Shown here: in pieces, positions 27,329-37,864 of the stretch
Layout: every line of letters starts with the position of its first letter
Numbering within the stretch: position 1 is the first letter of the stretch
DNA from: a virus
DNA length: 64,000 nt
Direction: 5' to 3' (one strand)
Virus record (IMG/VR): IMGVR_UViG_3300032238_000599
Coordinates: 32,001-96,000 of that record
Program-made: the position numbers and the translations under genes
The notes under the pieces: generated by a model
The model's input: only the letters and a program-made list of their open reading frames with translations
Told to the model about the DNA's origin: nothing
Database searches by the model: none

Positions 27329-28435
27329 ATGGGACGCCCACTAAGCAGGCAACAATTTTTTGGTGCCAATGAAAAAAACAATATTAAAGTACAATTCTTT
27401 AATGGTACTGCTAGTGTCCCAGGATTTATTGTAAAGCAAACAGGTTCTAAACGTTTTATCTGTCAAGATGCAGATGGAATTAGAAGAACTTGTTTGTTAG
27501 TTGATAAAAATTCTGCAGACCTAGGGTACAAAGAAATGACTATTACAGTCAAGTATGACAACGGTGATGTTGACCAAGTTACTAAGATTTCAAGACACGT
27601 AGTAACAGTAACTGGTACACGTCAACCTTGGACATTTGATCCAAGTAATACAGATGGTCGTGTACAAATTGAAGAAGCTGGTACCGATGATCAGTTAACT
27701 GATGCTACAGACTTGGAAGGTGATGGGTTTAGCACATTAGCAGACTATCCAACACCAGGATCAGGTGATTTAACATCAGTTGCTGATGCAATCGGTACTG
27801 TTACATTCCAAGCAGGATTTGAAACTAACGAGCCAGGCTTTAGCAAGACAAATTCACAAGTTGCTGGTTATGGCACAGGTCTACGTCGTCAGAAATATGA
27901 CGGCAACTTCTCGACAAGCGGCAACATGTCCAGCTATTCAAATTGGGACTTCACGTTCTTCTCAGGTCAGACTGTTCCACCTCTTGGCGAAATATTTGAC
28001 TCAACAATCAACTTTGGTGATCAAGAAGACTTACCTATCCCAGGCGGTAATCACTTTAGTTTGCAATGGGTTGGATATATCAAAGCCCCGGCGGCAGGTG
28101 ACTATAACTTCTATGCTAGTTCAGATGACCAAGTTGGACTGTGGATAGGCAGTGGAGCTCTTGATATCGCAGGAGGTACCGGCACTTCAGGAACCCAATT
28201 TATTTTAGGCAGTGCAGGACTAGCATTAGGTCCAGGTGCGCCTATTATTGGTGGTGAGAATTGGGGTAATTATACAGTCACTATGCAAGCAGACACTTGG
28301 TATCCAGTTGTAATTTGGTTCGGTGAGTTTGGTGGAAATTGCACATGCGAAATATTTGCTATAGAATCTGCCGGAGCTAAACTTGCAATGGGAGACTTTG
28401 CGTTCAAATATAATCCAGGCTCTATAGGTTTGTAA
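27329..28435 (+). CDS. Virion structural protein (MGRPL family, paralogue 2) with C-terminal PA14 domain
   Basis: Shares the MGRPL..FG start and KQT...VTK...PWTF module with the upstream gene; FSLQWVGYIKAPAAGDYNFYASSDD...WYPVVIWFGEFGG is PA14-like. Confidence 0.65.
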   Translation: MGRPLSRQQFFGANEKNNIKVQFFNGTASVPGFIVKQTGSKRFICQDADGIRRTCLLVDKNSADLGYKEMTITVKYDNGDVDQVTKISRHVVTVTGTRQPWTFDPSNTDGRVQIEEAGTDDQLTDATDLEGDGFSTLADYPTPGSGDLTSVADAIGTVTFQAGFETNEPGFSKTNSQVAGYGTGLRRQKYDGNFSTSGNMSSYSNWDFTFFSGQTVPPLGEIFDSTINFGDQEDLPIPGGNHFSLQWVGYIKAPAAGDYNFYASSDDQVGLWIGSGALDIAGGTGTSGTQFILGSAGLALGPGAPIIGGENWGNYTVTMQADTWYPVVIWFGEFGGNCTCEIFAIESAGAKLAMGDFAFKYNPGSIGL

Positions 28436-28449
28436 AATAGGAACAGTAC

Positions 28450-29394
28450 ATGTCACAGAAGATAGTTAAAGTAAGTAACGGTGATTATACTCTTTCGGTG
28501 CAAACTGGAGGTAATATCACTTTGGATACAGGAGCCAGAGTTGGTCTAACAACTATTACTGGTAATTTAGATGTTCAAGGAACTGTTACTTACATTGAGT
28601 CTACAAATACTAGCATTAATGATAATATTATTCTATTAAATCAACAAGAAACAAACTCTTATGTTTCTTTACAATACTCTGGTATTGAAATTAGTAGAGG
28701 AACAAATAATACATACGGTAATGTTAGAATTGTATACGACGAAAAAACAAATATCAATGGTGACGGTACTATTGCATTAAAATATACAATTGGAGGAACA
28801 TACGTTCCTCTTGAAACAAACAAAATTACCAGCTACGGAGATTTAATTTTATTTCCGGGAACTACAACAGGCGTTGTTACAGTTGACGGAACAACAAATT
28901 ATGAATCTCGAGTGACTACTAACACTACGCTAACTAACAAAAAATATGTTGACGACTATGTAGCTGTTTATTTTGCCACACACTTTCCAAATCAAATTCA
29001 AGATTTGAACACTAGAGTAACAGTTCGAGATTTTGCCACTACAGGACTACCAAGTGAAATTGGTTTCGTTCTTGATAACACACAAAAAGCAAAAGTTAAC
29101 TCTTTTGGAATTACTGTAGATGGCACTATAAATTTAAACGGCAGTAGTTTATCTAATTTAGATCTTACTAGCAATTTAATTTTAGCATCGGAAAATGGAA
29201 CAATTGAAGTAGATGGAGTTTTGCAATTAGACGACACTACCGGACCTACAGCAGTTGCCGGTTCAACAAAGATATATACACTAAATTCAAGTTCTCCAGG
29301 ACCAGGAGACACTGGTATATACTTTACAAGCTACGGTAACTCGGACGAACTTATAGCTAGAAATAGAGCGTTGCTTTGGTCTATGTTATTTTAA
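28450..29394 (+). CDS. Virion structural/fibre-associated protein
   Basis: ITGNLDVQGTVT...DNIILLN...SGIEISRG and LTNKKYVDDYV fibre-type motifs. Confidence 0.5.
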   Translation: MSQKIVKVSNGDYTLSVQTGGNITLDTGARVGLTTITGNLDVQGTVTYIESTNTSINDNIILLNQQETNSYVSLQYSGIEISRGTNNTYGNVRIVYDEKTNINGDGTIALKYTIGGTYVPLETNKITSYGDLILFPGTTTGVVTVDGTTNYESRVTTNTTLTNKKYVDDYVAVYFATHFPNQIQDLNTRVTVRDFATTGLPSEIGFVLDNTQKAKVNSFGITVDGTINLNGSSLSNLDLTSNLILASENGTIEVDGVLQLDDTTGPTAVAGSTKIYTLNSSSPGPGDTGIYFTSYGNSDELIARNRALLWSMLF

Positions 29395-29403
29395 GGAAAA
29401 ATT

Positions 29404-29733
29404 ATGTCAATTCGAAACGCATCAGTTGGAACTTCAATCGGACAAGTGTACGCAAGCACCAACCAGACTGCTATTACTACTTTAGTATTTTGCAATACTA
29501 GTGCTTACAATGCATCTAGTCCTACCGCAAACACTTCAAACTTAACAGTTTATGCTGTACCAAGCGGACAAGCCGCGGGTACTAGTAACATGGTAGTTAA
29601 TGCTCTACCAATTCCAGCAGGCGAAACATTTACATTTGACACTGAAAAAATGGTGTTAGATAACAATGATGCAATTTACGCAGTTGCTACAGTTGCAAAT
29701 ATTACTGCTACAATTTCTTACATGAGTGTATAA
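29404..29733 (+). CDS. Small beta-sandwich virion protein (paralogue of 37113 and 54826)
   Basis: VY...TTLVFCN...IPAGET...EKMVL pattern shared with the two paralogues. Confidence 0.5.
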   Translation: MSIRNASVGTSIGQVYASTNQTAITTLVFCNTSAYNASSPTANTSNLTVYAVPSGQAAGTSNMVVNALPIPAGETFTFDTEKMVLDNNDAIYAVATVANITATISYMSV

Positions 29734-30530
29734 TGAGATTTTTAAAACGAACCACCGTTAATCCAAGAGATCCTCGAGATGCAAGGATGTATGTCGATGT
29801 GACCAGCAACGTGGTTATGACTGGAAGAGCCAGTTTACAACTTCCAAAAGGTTCAACTAGCGATCGACCAGTTGCCGCTATTCCTACATCGTTAGGAGCA
29901 ACTCCCGGTGTTGCTGATATGAACGGAATGATTCGTTATAATACTACTACTGATGAGGTAGAAGTATATCAATCAGGGACTTGGAGAGCTCTACGTTTTA
30001 AAGAAGCTTCGGGTATTACACAACAACTTATCGGTACAGGTAATGGCGCTACTACATATTTTGGTGTATTAAATCCGGCTCCTCCGGCTACAGTTCAAAG
30101 CGGTTTTTCTTGGGGCGCACAAAATATTATTGTGTTAATTGAAAACGTAGTACAAATTAGTACAACTAATTATGATGTTGTACAAAATCCTACACCAACA
30201 CTAACAGCCACAGGTACTAATCTATCTGGCGCAACAACTATTAATGTTACTCCAACAAATAATGCGGCAACAAATTTTACTAACACACTACCAAACATTA
30301 AAGCTGGAGCAACTGTTACTGCTACAGTTTTAGGAAGTCCAGCATTTGCCGCAAATACAACAGTACAAACTGTTGGAACTAGTAGTTTTACAATTAACAA
30401 TGCTACGCTACAAGCAATTCCTCCAGGAACAACAATTACTATAACTTTACCTTCAGGGTATTACGTTAACTTTACATCACCGGCAACACTCAGCAAATCT
30501 ATTACAGTACTACACGGTTTTGACAAGTAA
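29733..30530 (+). CDS. Virion structural protein
   Basis: LPKGSTSDRP...GMIRYNTTTDEVEVY fibre repeat and GNGATTYF motif. Confidence 0.5.
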   Translation: MRFLKRTTVNPRDPRDARMYVDVTSNVVMTGRASLQLPKGSTSDRPVAAIPTSLGATPGVADMNGMIRYNTTTDEVEVYQSGTWRALRFKEASGITQQLIGTGNGATTYFGVLNPAPPATVQSGFSWGAQNIIVLIENVVQISTTNYDVVQNPTPTLTATGTNLSGATTINVTPTNNAATNFTNTLPNIKAGATVTATVLGSPAFAANTTVQTVGTSSFTINNATLQAIPPGTTITITLPSGYYVNFTSPATLSKSITVLHGFDK

Positions 30531-30565
30531 CTAGCTCTCCATAAATACTATATATGGAGCGATAA

Positions 30566-33052
30566 ATGCCAGAAATAGGAAAAATCTCAGGACAACTACT
30601 AGCAGATGATCTTGCAAGAGACGGCTGGAACTTATCGTTCGACTCAGATTTATTATACCTAGATGTTCGTAACCGACGCATTGGTGCAAAGAACACTGGA
30701 CCTACTGAAGCTTTCTTAGTATCCGGCGACATTAAAACTACTGACTTGTTAGTAGACACAAGAGCAGATATAGCAGATACTGCTTGGTATAGTAATACTA
30801 TTCAAAATGCTACCGGTGGCCTTGTTTTAACAGCTACTGGACTGAATCCTATAGTGTATGCTACTGGATGGAGAACAGGTTCCGAGGCAAGTCCACAACT
30901 TGATGTTCGCTCAAATAATATTACAAACTTAGTATCCGGGCAAGATATTAATTTGTTGCCGACTGGTACAGGTAAAGTAATTGTTAATAGTAGTGTAGAT
31001 ATTTTTGGTAACTTACACGCCACGGGAAATATTACATTTACCGGTGATTCAATTACTATTGGTGACAATGATTCTGATAGCGTTGATTTTAAAGCTGACA
31101 TTGCTTCTAATATTAGGCCAGATGTAACTGAAACAAACAGTTTAGGTACAAGCAACAATCGCTGGTTAAATTTATACACAAAAAACATTACAGCACCGAC
31201 AATAAATGCTGGTCCTAATTTATATGAAGGAACTATTAATTTAGGATTACGTCAAGGTAAAAGTTGGTATGTCAGCGTAAATGGCAACGACACTAATGAC
31301 GGCAATCATCAAAGCGGACCGTTTTTAACAATCACTAGAGCACTATTAGCCGCACAAGCTAACGATACTATTTTTATATTTCCCGGAACTTATACTGAAG
31401 TTACTCCAATGACTATTCCATCCGGAGTAAGTGTTAAAGGATTAGATATACGAACTGTTATTATTCAACCTACTAGTGGCACAAGGAATAAAGATATATT
31501 TTTGTTAAATGGCGAAACTACAGTTGAAGACCTAACAATTCAAAATTTTGAATATGACAACGTGAACAATACTGGGTATGCATTTAAGTTTGCTAATAAT
31601 ATGACCGTGGTTAGTCGTAGCCCTTATATTAGAAATGTTACAATCTTAACGTATGGCAGTTCGGTAAGATTAGCAACAAACCTACCAGAAGATCCAAGAG
31701 GATACCTTGCAGGTGATGCAGGCCGTGCTGCCTACATTGACGGTTCAGTGGTTAACTCCGAAAGTAAAGAAGCTACTATGCTATTTCATTCTTTAACTTG
31801 TATTTGTCCCGGAACAGAAACTGTTGTAATGACTAACGGAGTAAGAGTAGAATGGTTAAATTCTTTTACTTACTTCGCTGAAAAAGGATTATATGCTACA
31901 CAAGGCACACTAGGTTTTGCTAGCCTTGGTGTTAAATTTGGAGCTGAATTAAGATCTATTAATAGTGCCAATGTCTACGGAGATTGGGCCGCATACGGCA
32001 ATGGCGCAAATGTTATTATGTATCTAGTAGGGCACAACTTTGCCTATGTTGGTACAGAATATAGAGCAATTAATGATCCAACTGATGCAGACGAAGGCCG
32101 ACAAGCTCAGCGATTAAATGGCGCACAAATATATTATCAAAGTGTTGATCAAAGTGGTAATGTAAGAGTAGGCAATGTTTTTAAGGTAGTAGGGGACACT
32201 GGTAATATTGTTTTTACTGGTACTAACTTCCAACTTAATAACGGTAGTATTGAATTTTTTAGTGGATCTAGTACAACTTACATTGATAAATTAGAAATTG
32301 ACACTGGAAACATTTTTATCTCTGGTAATCAAATTGATACATTTTCGGGTAACTTAGAATTAAGTCCTACTTCAGGTATCGTTAATTTAAGTTCTGTATC
32401 ATCATTTATTACACCTATTGGAAATACTGCATCAGAACTCTCAATACTTGGCGGCATACGATATAATACGTCTGTATCAAATTATGAAGGTTACACAGCT
32501 TCTGGATTCAAAGGATTTTACGGGCTTTTAGATTCAACTAGAACTACTAAAATTACCCCAGAACTTACTCCAGGCGCCGGAGATAAAACAATTAGAATGT
32601 ATGCTAACAACGATTTAAAAATTAGCATTACAGATACTAAAACAACATTTAAAGATTTAACTATTGGAGACTTGGCATTTTCAACAAGTCAGTTAACAGT
32701 TAATAACAGTCAAGATTTAACTCTAACTCCTACAGGAACTGGACAAGTTTACTTTAGTAATGTTACTCCGTATACAGACACTATTGAAGATATAACAACA
32801 GATGCTGTTTTTAACTTTAGTCAAACAGGATCTGGATTTTTTAAACTTGACACACCTGCTGTGGGATTTCCGTCAGGCGATAATAACGATCAGCCTCTAG
32901 TACCTGAAATAGGCATGCATCGTTACAACACAGAAGTCCCACAATTTGAACTTTGGAACGGCACAGCTTGGGTACCAGCAACTGGTACAGACGTTGTTAG
33001 CGAAGACGATATGCGCGAATACACCAACTTTTGGTCACTGATCTTAGGTTAA
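30566..33052 (+). CDS. Fibre/spike protein with pectin-lyase-like beta-helix (paralogue of 33089)
   Basis: WYVSVNGND...PFLTITRAL...IFIFPGTYTE...G.DIRTV beta-helix start; CATAAATA promoter at 30540-30547. Confidence 0.6.
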   Translation: MPEIGKISGQLLADDLARDGWNLSFDSDLLYLDVRNRRIGAKNTGPTEAFLVSGDIKTTDLLVDTRADIADTAWYSNTIQNATGGLVLTATGLNPIVYATGWRTGSEASPQLDVRSNNITNLVSGQDINLLPTGTGKVIVNSSVDIFGNLHATGNITFTGDSITIGDNDSDSVDFKADIASNIRPDVTETNSLGTSNNRWLNLYTKNITAPTINAGPNLYEGTINLGLRQGKSWYVSVNGNDTNDGNHQSGPFLTITRALLAAQANDTIFIFPGTYTEVTPMTIPSGVSVKGLDIRTVIIQPTSGTRNKDIFLLNGETTVEDLTIQNFEYDNVNNTGYAFKFANNMTVVSRSPYIRNVTILTYGSSVRLATNLPEDPRGYLAGDAGRAAYIDGSVVNSESKEATMLFHSLTCICPGTETVVMTNGVRVEWLNSFTYFAEKGLYATQGTLGFASLGVKFGAELRSINSANVYGDWAAYGNGANVIMYLVGHNFAYVGTEYRAINDPTDADEGRQAQRLNGAQIYYQSVDQSGNVRVGNVFKVVGDTGNIVFTGTNFQLNNGSIEFFSGSSTTYIDKLEIDTGNIFISGNQIDTFSGNLELSPTSGIVNLSSVSSFITPIGNTASELSILGGIRYNTSVSNYEGYTASGFKGFYGLLDSTRTTKITPELTPGAGDKTIRMYANNDLKISITDTKTTFKDLTIGDLAFSTSQLTVNNSQDLTLTPTGTGQVYFSNVTPYTDTIEDITTDAVFNFSQTGSGFFKLDTPAVGFPSGDNNDQPLVPEIGMHRYNTEVPQFELWNGTAWVPATGTDVVSEDDMREYTNFWSLILG

Positions 33053-33088
33053 CCGCTTAAAGATAAATACTAAAACTGGTGTATATCT

Positions 33089-36000
33089 ATGGCTATTGGG
33101 CAAATTTCCGGACAACTACTAAAAGACGACTTACAACGTGATGGTCGTAACCTGTCTTTTGACACAAATTTACTATTTTTAGATGTTGTTAATCGACGCA
33201 TTGGTATTAATAATGCATCTCCTACAGATGCTGTAGACGTTACTGGTAGAACTCGTTCTACAAATTTAAAAGTTAATACTCAAGCAGATATTGCTAGTAT
33301 TACAGTTAACACAAATACTATTACATCAAATACTGGAACACTAAGTCTTAATCCTAGTGCGCCAAATGCTGTTGTTGTACAAGCAAAATTACAAGTTGAC
33401 AACTTAGAACTTACATCAAATAATATTAATGCGTTAGGAACTAACAAAGATATTAATATTAATCCAACAGGATCAGGTAAACTTGTTATAGGTACAGCAC
33501 TATCAAACAAAGATGTATTAATTAATGGTAGTTTACATGCTACTGGAAATATTACGTTTAGTGATGGTGGCGCAGGAACAATTCAATTTGGTGATGCTAA
33601 CACTGATAGCATTACTTTTAATGCCGATGTTATTTCTGACATTAGACCCGATCAAACAGAATTATATAGTTTAGGTACTACTGACAATCGTTGGTTAAAC
33701 ACTTACACTAAAAACTTATACACAACAAATTTAAACGCAACTACAATTACCTTAGCTAATGGGATTAATTTAAGTTTAGCTCAAGGAAAGACATGGTATG
33801 TAGCAACTAATGGAGGTGATACTAAATTAGGTAATCATCAAAACGATCCGTTTGCTTCTGTAACAAAGGCATTAACAGTTGCTCAACCAGGTGATACAAT
33901 TTATATCTATCCAGGAACATATACAGAAACGTTTCCAATGTCAGTTCCAGCAGGAGTAACTGTTAAAGGTGCTGGCATTCGTTCAGTTTTAATTCAACCT
34001 ACTAGTGGAACACGCAATAAAGACGGATTTTTAATTACCGGTGAAGTTACTATTGAAGATTTAACCCTTGCTAATTTTGAATATGACAGCATAGGCAATA
34101 CTGGTTATGGTTTTAGATTAAAGTCAGGATTTAAAGTATCTAGTCGTAGTCCCTATATTAGAAACTGCTCGGTAATTACGGCAGGTAGCACAGTTCGACT
34201 AGCAACCAATCCAGCCAACGATCCAAGAGGATTCTTAGCAGGAGACGCAGGTCGTGGCGCATTATTTGATGGTAGCGTTGCAGACGCTACTAGCAAAGAC
34301 GTAAGTGTATTATTTCACTCTACAACTTTTATTACACCAGGCGCAACTTGTATACGAGTTAGTAACGGTGTTAAAATTGAGTGGTTGAATAGTTTTATCT
34401 ACTTTGCTGATAAAGGTTTTGATATACAAACAAACTTAGGAAGCGCAGGTGGACAATTTGGTACAGCTCAAGTAGGATTAAAAATTCCTGCATCGGGGAG
34501 AGTAGGAACGTGGAACGTTGGCAACACATTAACTTATTATGATACCGATGGCACAACTGTTCTAGCCACAGGAACTATTGCAAGTATTTCAGGCGACTGG
34601 GTTTATATAACAGGCTATCAAACCGGATTTATAACTATATCTGATCGCGTGGGAAAAACTGTTTTTATAGCAGGTGATGCAAAATTATCTACAGCACAGA
34701 AAAAATTTAATACAGCAAGTTTAGTATTAGACGGAACAGGGGATTATATTAATCTTGGATCTGATCCTGATTTTGGATTTGGACTAGCAAACCGACCGTC
34801 AAAGCCTATAGCTGTAACTGGTAACACAGTTGTTAGTGCAACACAAAGTAAGTTTGGTGGAGCAAGTGTCTTCTTTGATGGTACTGGCGATTATATTAGT
34901 ACTACAATACCATATGCAGACCTTGGGTTTGGCACTGGCGAATACACTATCGAGTTTTGGGCATATAGAACTGTAACTCAGTTAGGCACAATTATCGATT
35001 TCCACCCAAGCGGCGCTGGAAATTATCATCAAGTTAACCTAAGTTCCACTGGACTTTTAAGATACTCTATCAATGGCGCAACAGTTATTACTGGAGCAAC
35101 TCTTACACTAAACACATGGTGCCATGTTGCAATAACACGTTCAGGCACCAGCGTTAAAATGTTCTTTAATGGAAACCAAACTGGGGTTACATATACCGAC
35201 AGCACAAATTATCCAGCAAGCGCATTAACTATTGGATCAAGTAATCTTGGTGCTAACGGTTATGGCGGTTACTTAGACGAAGTTAGAATTAGTAATAATG
35301 CAAAATATACAGGAACGTTCATTACTCCTGCAGCCTCGTTTACTCCTGATATCAATTCTGTATTCTTAATGCATGGCGACTCAACTATTTCAGACGATGC
35401 AGATGATCAAACAGTTGGCGAATTTGCATTAGAATCTTGGGTGTATCCTACTACAACAGGAACTACTAAAGTTTTATTTGATTTAAGGGCAACTGCTGGC
35501 GATACTGATGGTATAGTAGTTGGAATTAACAGTTCTAATCAATTATATTTTTACTTAAATGGCAGCAACAGAATAGGGCCTGCAGGGACTATTAACATTG
35601 CTGTCTGGACACATATTGCACTAACAAGGGTCGGCGGCTTTACAAAATTATTTGTTAACGGAATTCAAGTAGGAACTTCGTATATTGATACAAATAACTA
35701 CTCTCAAAGAGGAGTTAGAATAGGTGCAGACATTGATGGTAACAATCTTTTCACAGGATATATTGACGAAATTAGAATTTCAAAAGGAGCAGGACGATAC
35801 TCTGCTACCTTTACACCCCTTGCCTCTGAGTTTGCTAGTGATGCTAAAACAGTATTGTTGTTGCATTTGAACGGTGCAAATAATTCTACTACTTTAACAG
35901 ATGATGGAGTTAGAAGACAAGATCTTAGAACCAGCACAGGTGGAACTGCAACTATTATAACTTATGCCGACTACACTAAGTTTGGCGCAGAGATTAGAAG

Positions 36001-37108
36001 TATTGGTTCGGCAAACGTTTACGGTAATTACGGTTTTGTTGGAGATGGCCCAGGATGTATAGCCTACTTAGTAGGACATAATTTAGCCTATGTAGGTGCT
36101 GGAAGATTCTCTAATAACGATCCAACTAGTCAAATTAAAGCAAATGAAATTGTAAAAACAAATGGCGCTAAGATATATTTTTCAAGCATTGACAATATCG
36201 GAAACTATAGAGTTGGTGATTATTTTGAAATTGATCAAAAGAACGGAAACGTAACATTTAACGGTGCGTCTTTCAATATTCCGTCACAGGCAGCTATTAC
36301 GTTAACTGACGGTGTTAATACTACAATTCTAGATGCAACAAAAGTACAAACAGGAAATATTGTTCTTAGTGGAAATACAATCTCTACTCTTAGCGGAGAT
36401 TTAAATCTAACAGCATACAGCGGTGTTGTTCGAATTAATAGCACTAATAATTTTATTATCCCAGTAGGAACTACTTTACAAAGACCTAGTCCTGGATCTA
36501 ATGGAATGATTAGATACAATACTACAGAAAGTTGGTATGAAGGATATAGCGGAAGCCAGTGGGTCCCGTTTGGTGTAGTATCAGATTTAACAAGAACAAC
36601 ACAGATTCTTACAGACGTTACTCCAGGAGATCAAACATTAAGCTTCTATGCTAACAATACCCTTGCCGCAACACTAACAAGTACTGCATTTAATGTTAAT
36701 AGAGTAAACGTTGGAAATTTTGATATATCTAGCAATACAATTACACCAGTAACATCTAACACAGATATCAGTATTCAACCCACCGGTACTGGCGGAACAC
36801 GTATATCAAATATAAGAATAAGTACTAATACAATTGAAAATACTACCAATAACGCTATAACTACAATTAAAACCAACGGCGACGGTTATGTAAAATTTAC
36901 TGGAGTTAACGGTGTTGTTATTCCAGTTGGTGACAACTTAAATAGACCTTCAAGCCCGGTAACTGGTTTAATTCGTTACAATACACAGCTTGGTACAACT
37001 GAATTGTATGATGGAACTCAGTGGGGCGGACTAAGCGGACAGTCTGGTGCTATTACAATTGGTACTGCTCAAGATATTGCGATCGCAATGGTGATCATTT
37101 TAGGATAA
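33089..37108 (+). CDS. Fibre/spike protein with beta-helix and two LamG/ConA-like lectin domains
   Basis: FDGTGDY...TIEFW...WCHVAITR...GYLDEVRIS motif set occurs twice; GATAAATA promoter at 33062-33069. Confidence 0.7.
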   Translation: MAIGQISGQLLKDDLQRDGRNLSFDTNLLFLDVVNRRIGINNASPTDAVDVTGRTRSTNLKVNTQADIASITVNTNTITSNTGTLSLNPSAPNAVVVQAKLQVDNLELTSNNINALGTNKDININPTGSGKLVIGTALSNKDVLINGSLHATGNITFSDGGAGTIQFGDANTDSITFNADVISDIRPDQTELYSLGTTDNRWLNTYTKNLYTTNLNATTITLANGINLSLAQGKTWYVATNGGDTKLGNHQNDPFASVTKALTVAQPGDTIYIYPGTYTETFPMSVPAGVTVKGAGIRSVLIQPTSGTRNKDGFLITGEVTIEDLTLANFEYDSIGNTGYGFRLKSGFKVSSRSPYIRNCSVITAGSTVRLATNPANDPRGFLAGDAGRGALFDGSVADATSKDVSVLFHSTTFITPGATCIRVSNGVKIEWLNSFIYFADKGFDIQTNLGSAGGQFGTAQVGLKIPASGRVGTWNVGNTLTYYDTDGTTVLATGTIASISGDWVYITGYQTGFITISDRVGKTVFIAGDAKLSTAQKKFNTASLVLDGTGDYINLGSDPDFGFGLANRPSKPIAVTGNTVVSATQSKFGGASVFFDGTGDYISTTIPYADLGFGTGEYTIEFWAYRTVTQLGTIIDFHPSGAGNYHQVNLSSTGLLRYSINGATVITGATLTLNTWCHVAITRSGTSVKMFFNGNQTGVTYTDSTNYPASALTIGSSNLGANGYGGYLDEVRISNNAKYTGTFITPAASFTPDINSVFLMHGDSTISDDADDQTVGEFALESWVYPTTTGTTKVLFDLRATAGDTDGIVVGINSSNQLYFYLNGSNRIGPAGTINIAVWTHIALTRVGGFTKLFVNGIQVGTSYIDTNNYSQRGVRIGADIDGNNLFTGYIDEIRISKGAGRYSATFTPLASEFASDAKTVLLLHLNGANNSTTLTDDGVRRQDLRTSTGGTATIITYADYTKFGAEIRSIGSANVYGNYGFVGDGPGCIAYLVGHNLAYVGAGRFSNNDPTSQIKANEIVKTNGAKIYFSSIDNIGNYRVGDYFEIDQKNGNVTFNGASFNIPSQAAITLTDGVNTTILDATKVQTGNIVLSGNTISTLSGDLNLTAYSGVVRINSTNNFIIPVGTTLQRPSPGSNGMIRYNTTESWYEGYSGSQWVPFGVVSDLTRTTQILTDVTPGDQTLSFYANNTLAATLTSTAFNVNRVNVGNFDISSNTITPVTSNTDISIQPTGTGGTRISNIRISTNTIENTTNNAITTIKTNGDGYVKFTGVNGVVIPVGDNLNRPSSPVTGLIRYNTQLGTTELYDGTQWGGLSGQSGAITIGTAQDIAIAMVIILG

Positions 37109-37112
37109 GAAC

Positions 37113-37439
37113 ATGGCAACAAATTTAAAAAACGCACTATACTCAGAATTAGGAACTACGCCTACAACAGTAGTAACTACAATTTCAAACGGTAAAACAA
37201 CGGTCATCGGTTTAAGTTTAACAAACTTATTAGAAATTCCAGTTCTAGCAAGTATTCAATTAGATGACGGTGTTACGGCCGCGTATTTTTTAAAGAATGT
37301 GGTTGTACCACCTAATCAAAGTTTACGAGTAATTAATGGCGGAGAAAAATTAGTGTTAGGTGTCAGTACAGATGTAATCATCGAAGCCAGCGAAGATATA
37401 AGTTTAGATCTTGTAATGAGTTACGTTGAAATTGTTTAA
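37113..37439 (+). CDS. Small beta-sandwich virion protein
   Basis: TTVIGLSLTN...VPPNQSL...GEKLVL; paralogue of 29404 and 54826. Confidence 0.5.
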   Translation: MATNLKNALYSELGTTPTTVVTTISNGKTTVIGLSLTNLLEIPVLASIQLDDGVTAAYFLKNVVVPPNQSLRVINGGEKLVLGVSTDVIIEASEDISLDLVMSYVEIV

Positions 37440-37451
37440 AGGATAAAAATT

Positions 37452-37811
37452 ATGACTTACTATATTGGAAATGAATCACTAGGTGATGTACAAGGCGGAA
37501 ATCCTAGATATTTTTACGCCTTACGTAGAACAGATGACGGAACTTTGTACTTTACAAGAATTGACCAGTTAACAAACCCAGATGCTGAAGCAATTATCAA
37601 CAACCCGGGTTTAGCTCAAAACGATTTTACTGAATTTGAATATGGTGTTGACTTCTTCGACGGGCGTTTAGAAGAAGATCACAGTCGCCCTTACAGTAAT
37701 ATGCAGTATGACCAATATCGTTGGGACAATCAAAACATCTATTATTATCTAAACGATAACGGCGAGTTTGTGGTTAGAATTAATAAAGTGTATTCAAATT
37801 ACCCAGCTTAA
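37452..37811 (+). CDS. Hypothetical virion-associated protein (119 aa)
   Basis: Clean ORF with RBS inside the structural operon. Confidence 0.5.
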   Translation: MTYYIGNESLGDVQGGNPRYFYALRRTDDGTLYFTRIDQLTNPDAEAIINNPGLAQNDFTEFEYGVDFFDGRLEEDHSRPYSNMQYDQYRWDNQNIYYYLNDNGEFVVRINKVYSNYPA

Positions 37812-37864
37812 CGCAACGAATAAATACAAAATAGAGTAAAAATTACAGTAACAAGGATACTTTA

